A stretch of 44,393 bases of DNA from NCBI GenBank assembly GCA_042219065.1, contig JBDGQM010000056.1, positions 1 to 44,393 of the forward strand, in the 5' to 3' direction. The translations under genes were made by a program, and so were the position numbers. This DNA comes from Salinibacter sp. (GTDB lineage Bacteria; Bacteroidota; Rhodothermia; Rhodothermales; Salinibacteraceae). A model generated the notes under the pieces. That model was not told the origin of the DNA. It worked only from the letters and a program-made list of their open reading frames with translations, and ran no database searches. Position 1 is the stretch's first letter. The number at the start of each line of letters is the position of its first letter. Below are positions 40,782 through 44,393 of this stretch, in pieces.

Positions 40782-40866
40782 AGGTGGGAAGGTGAGAAGA
40801 TTGGAAGGTTGGAAAATGGAAAGGTTGGAAGGTGGGAAGGTTGGAAGGTGGGAAGGTTTGAAGATT
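40779..40866. repeat. Octamer array (GGAAGGTK) x11
   Basis: Eleven in-phase 8-mers starting at the amylosucrase stop codon. Confidence 0.9.
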
Positions 40867-41217
40867 GGTCAGGGGGGGCAGTCTGTGCCTTTTTCTCACT
40901 CCCGCGCCCCTGGAGTAGGGCAATCGCATCTCGGCCTGGGTGCTCCGACATCATTCGGATTGGGAGCAGTGAGCTTGTGCGATCACGCCCCCGCTCTCCC
41001 GTGCTTCTCGGACTGTTTCGTCGATTCGAGGCCGACGAGCCGCCATCCCGCAGCGGGGGCCCTTGCCGATGCGTGAGGAACTTCGCAGGCGGGACACGCC
41101 GACCTCAACCGAGAGTGCCCTGGCGGAACGGGGCTGAGTGTGGGAGCACGAGCATTCGTTCACCCACACCCACATAATGCTGGTTAAGTAGACCCGAGAA
41201 AGTACATTATTCTTTTT

Positions 41218-41347
41218 GCATCCGAAAAACCCTTCGTGAGCACGTCATCCTGAACTTGATTCAGGATCTTTTCGGTCGTGAGCACCGCCTGAGGCGAAGA
41301 GATCCCGCATCGGGGTGCGGGATGACTGCCTAGGGTTTTTCGGATGC
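41218..41347. repeat. Cruciform palindrome, copy A
   Basis: 16-bp perfect outer inverted repeat GCATCCGAAAAACCCT; inner GTCATCCTGAACTTGATTCAGGATCT and AGATCCCGCATCGGGGTGCGGGATGAC. Confidence 0.85.
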
Positions 41348-41400
41348 GTGGCTAGTGTTTTTCCCTTGACCTACTTAAGAGTTGAGAGCACTCATCGCCT

Positions 41401-41542
41401 GCCGTCCCGAAAAAATCCAGTTCAGGCGGTCATCCTGAGCTTGACTCAGGATCTTTTAGAAGATTGGCACTGCCCCTATCGAAAAGATCACCGAAGGCTT
41501 TCGGTGTGCGGGATGACGTGCTCGGGAATTTTTCGGGACGGC
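41401..41542. repeat. Cruciform palindrome, copy B
   Basis: Outer inverted repeat GCCGTCCCGAAAAA / TTTTTCGGGACGGC; inner GTCATCCTGAGCTTGACTCAGGATCT ... GTGCGGGATGAC. Confidence 0.85.
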
Positions 41543-41810
41543 GGATTAGCATATGGGCAGGTCCTCGGCAACTCTTACTCCCAAAACGCCCATACCTAGA
41601 GGCTTTATCCGTGGGAATTTCTGCACGGCTCGGCCACATCCGATCGCCCTGGCCCTTGAAGCGGTGCCTCCGTCGCTGGGTCGGGACCGTTCGTCCGTTC
41701 CCGTCGTTTTGGTGATGTTCACCGAACGCAGCGCCCCGGGTTGTCGTAGGCCCGTGTGGCGACGGTTTGCCCCTTCCACGTGTCCCCCGAATCTTGTCTC
41801 TCAGGTCCGC

Positions 41811-44177
41811 ATGCGCCGCATTCCCATCAGTCGCTCGACGCCCGAGGCCCAGGTCGACCCCGATCCCGAGGCCGAGAGGCGCATCCTCGACGGCCTCAAC
41901 GACCGGCAGCGCGAGGCCGTGACCACCACCGAGGGGCCGGTCATGATCATCGCCGGGCCCGGCTCCGGCAAGACGCGCGCCCTCACCCACCGCATCGCCT
42001 ACCTGCTGGCCACCGGCACGGCCCAGCCGCGCGACGTGCTGGCCCTCACCTTTACCAACAAGGCGGCCGGCGAGATGCAGGAGCGGGTCGAAAACCTTGT
42101 GGGCGACGACGCGAAGGGCATGTGGGTAAGTACCTTCCACTCCGCCTTCGCCCGCCTGCTGCGGATGGAGGGGGACAAGATTGGCTACTCGAAGGACTTC
42201 TCAATCTACGACACGTCCGACTCGAAGCGCCTCATCAAGCAGCAGATGCAGGGGCGCAACCTCGACACCGACGTGGTGAAGCCGCGGTCGGCCCAGCGCA
42301 TGATCTCCAGCGCCAAGAACGAGATGATCGGGCCGCAGGAGTACGCGGAGCTGGCGCGGGGCGATCAGCAGGAGGTGGTGGCGGAGGTGTACCCGGCGTA
42401 CGAGCAGGCCCTCAAGCAGGCCAACGCGCTCGACTTCGACGACCTGCTCCTCAAGCCCATCGCGCTGTTCGAGCAGCACGAGGATGTCCTCGAAAAGTAC
42501 CAGCGGCGCTGGCAGTACGTTCACATCGACGAGTACCAGGATACGAACCAGGCGCAGTATGTCCTCGCCCGCAAGCTGGCGGATCGCCACAAGAACCTCT
42601 GCGTGGTGGGCGATGACGCGCAGAGCATCTACGCCTTCCGCGGGGCCGACATCACCAACATTCTCAACTTCGAGCAGGACTACCCCGACGCCACCACGAT
42701 TCGGTTGGAGCGCAACTACCGCTCGACCAAAAACATCATTCGTCTGGCCGACTCGATCATCGAGGAGAACGACGACCAGATCGAGAAGAGCCTGTGGACG
42801 GACAACGCGGAGGGGGAGTACGTGGCGCTCATGGAGGCGCTCAGCGAGAAGGACGAGGCGCAGAAGATTGAGCGCCGCATCCGCGACCTCCACCTGCGGG
42901 ACGGCCTGGAGCACGGCGACTTTGCGGTCCTCTACCGCACCAACGCGCAGAGCCGCGCCATTGAGGAGGCCCTACGCACGGAGAACGTGCCGTACCGCGT
43001 GATCGGGGGCACCTCCTTCTACGAGCGGAAGGAGATCAAGGACGTGCTGGCGTACCTGAAGCTGCTGGTGAACCCGAACGACACGGCCAGTCTGCAGCGC
43101 GTGATCAACTACCCCACCCGCGGCATCGGCGACAAGACGCAGGAGCGCCTCCAGCGCTACGCGCAGCAGCACAACCTGTCGCTGTGGCAGGCGGTGGAGC
43201 GGGTCGAGGAGATCGAGACGCTGGGCACGCGGGCCGAGCGGGCCGTCGGCAAGTTCCGGCGCCTCATCGCCCGCTACGCCTCAAAGGCGGGCACCGGCAG
43301 CACCCCGGCCGACGAGCTGGCGCGCGATCTGATTCAGGACGCCGAGCTCCTCAGCGAGCTGCGCAAGGAGCACACCCGCGAAAACCTGCAGCGCTGGGAG
43401 AACGTGCAGGAGCTGATCAGCGCGCTGGCCGAGTACGTGGAGTCGACCGAGGACGCCACCATCAGCACGTTCCTGCAGGAGGTGGCCCTCATGACCGATC
43501 AAGACGAGGCGGAAGAGGGGGACGACAAGGTGACGCTCATGACGCTCCACGCCGCGAAGGGCACCGAGTTTCCGGTCGTCTTCGTCGCGGGGCTGGAGGA
43601 GGGCCTCTTTCCGCTGGAGCAGGCGACGCAGGAGAAGAGCGAGCTGGAGGAGGAGCGCCGCCTCTTTTACGTCGGCGTCACGCGGGCCGAGCGCCGCCTC
43701 TACCTCAGCTGGGCGCGCAGCCGCTACCGCTACGGCGAGCAGCAGTCCAACACGCGCAGCCGCTTCCTCGAAGAGGTCGACTCGGACGTGGTGCGCACCG
43801 AGGCCGGCGGCGAGCTGGAGCAGGAGACGGACCGCTTCGAGGCGGGGGGCGGGTCCGACGGCGGTCAGGCGTACGACGAGATGGACCCGCACTACTACCG
43901 CCAGGACCTGAGCGGCGACGGCGGGACGGACTCGGGGTCCGACGACCTGAAGCGCATCGAGTCGACCGACGGGGGCGGTGGGCGGCGCGTGGTGTACGAT
44001 GAGGGCCACGGCGACGTCGTGCCGGGGGCGCAGGTGGAGCACAAAAAGTTCGGGCGGGGCAAGGTGCAGTCCGTGGAGGGGGAGGGCGAGAAGGCCACCG
44101 CGGTCGTCTTCTTCGGCTCCGACGTGGGGAATAAGAAGCTGAAGCTCAAGTACGCGAGTCTCCGGGTGATTGGGTAA
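41811..44177 (+). CDS. pcrA: PcrA/UvrD DNA helicase with C-terminal Tudor-like domain
   Basis: AGPGSGKT, TFTNKAA, IDEYQDTN, YRTNAQSR, EEERRLFYVGVTRA; C-terminal VEHKKFGRGKV. Confidence 0.93.
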   Translation: MRRIPISRSTPEAQVDPDPEAERRILDGLNDRQREAVTTTEGPVMIIAGPGSGKTRALTHRIAYLLATGTAQPRDVLALTFTNKAAGEMQERVENLVGDDAKGMWVSTFHSAFARLLRMEGDKIGYSKDFSIYDTSDSKRLIKQQMQGRNLDTDVVKPRSAQRMISSAKNEMIGPQEYAELARGDQQEVVAEVYPAYEQALKQANALDFDDLLLKPIALFEQHEDVLEKYQRRWQYVHIDEYQDTNQAQYVLARKLADRHKNLCVVGDDAQSIYAFRGADITNILNFEQDYPDATTIRLERNYRSTKNIIRLADSIIEENDDQIEKSLWTDNAEGEYVALMEALSEKDEAQKIERRIRDLHLRDGLEHGDFAVLYRTNAQSRAIEEALRTENVPYRVIGGTSFYERKEIKDVLAYLKLLVNPNDTASLQRVINYPTRGIGDKTQERLQRYAQQHNLSLWQAVERVEEIETLGTRAERAVGKFRRLIARYASKAGTGSTPADELARDLIQDAELLSELRKEHTRENLQRWENVQELISALAEYVESTEDATISTFLQEVALMTDQDEAEEGDDKVTLMTLHAAKGTEFPVVFVAGLEEGLFPLEQATQEKSELEEERRLFYVGVTRAERRLYLSWARSRYRYGEQQSNTRSRFLEEVDSDVVRTEAGGELEQETDRFEAGGGSDGGQAYDEMDPHYYRQDLSGDGGTDSGSDDLKRIESTDGGGGRRVVYDEGHGDVVPGAQVEHKKFGRGKVQSVEGEGEKATAVVFFGSDVGNKKLKLKYASLRVIG

Positions 44178-44180
44178 GAG

Positions 44181-44390
44181 GTGTGGGGAAAGGGGGAAGA
44201 GGGAAGGGGAGAGTGGGGGCGTTGATGGTCTGCCGGTCGACGTTTTGGTGGGGCTGGGTTTCGAGATGCGATTCCTGGAGGTGGAAATGGGGAAGGGGGG
44301 AGTGGGAAGAGTGAAGGGGGAAGAGGGAAAGTGGGGGTGTTGATGCTCAGCCGGTCGACGTTTTGGTGGGGCTGGGGGCAGTATGCGATT
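44181..44390. repeat. Two copies of a ~118-bp direct repeat with purine-rich tracts
   Basis: Identical 27-mer GCCGGTCGACGTTTTGGTGGGGCTGGG at 44232 and 44350 with conserved flanks; runs to the window edge. Confidence 0.85.
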
Positions 44391-44393
44391 GTT

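Larger units (their letters stand above)
41066..41633. mobile_element. MITE copy 3, interrupted by about 400 bp of nested palindromic elements
   Basis: Left arm 41066-41176 and right arm 41578-41633 match copies 1 and 2; insert 41177-41575 is bounded by TA. Confidence 0.8.

Noticed and set aside
41177-41575. Autonomous IS or transposase remnant
   Set aside because: No ORF with DDE or HUH motifs; the region consists of palindromic repeats
44181-44393. CRISPR array
   Set aside because: Two units only, the intervening sequences are similar low-complexity tracts, and no cas genes are in the window

Overview
GC-rich chromosomal window with a strongly acidic proteome and Bacteroidota/Rhodothermota-type gene content, most consistent with Salinibacter (inference). 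About 32 mostly housekeeping CDS: amidohydrolase, TrmH-family methylase, Ig-like lipoprotein, nnr, vanZ-like, tonB, rpiA, two UvrD/PcrA helicases, parAB-DUF5683, purQ, acyl-CoA dehydrogenase, ssb, yaaA, udk, coaX, birA, suhB, fabI, L,D-transpeptidase, NupC, M1 peptidase and amylosucrase. I saw no rRNA, tRNA, CRISPR array or transposase. Main points of interest: (1) nested non-autonomous miniature inverted-repeat elements with TA junctions, including a 171-bp element in three copies, one of them carrying further elements, together with intergenic heptamer/octamer arrays; (2) a serine palmitoyltransferase + bacterial ceramide synthase-like gene pair; (3) a UvrD helicase ending in an SSB-like acidic tail; (4) two candidate non-coding RNAs; (5) an amylosucrase fused to a degenerate CBM20. 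All calls come from reading motifs by eye; no database search or folding program was run.
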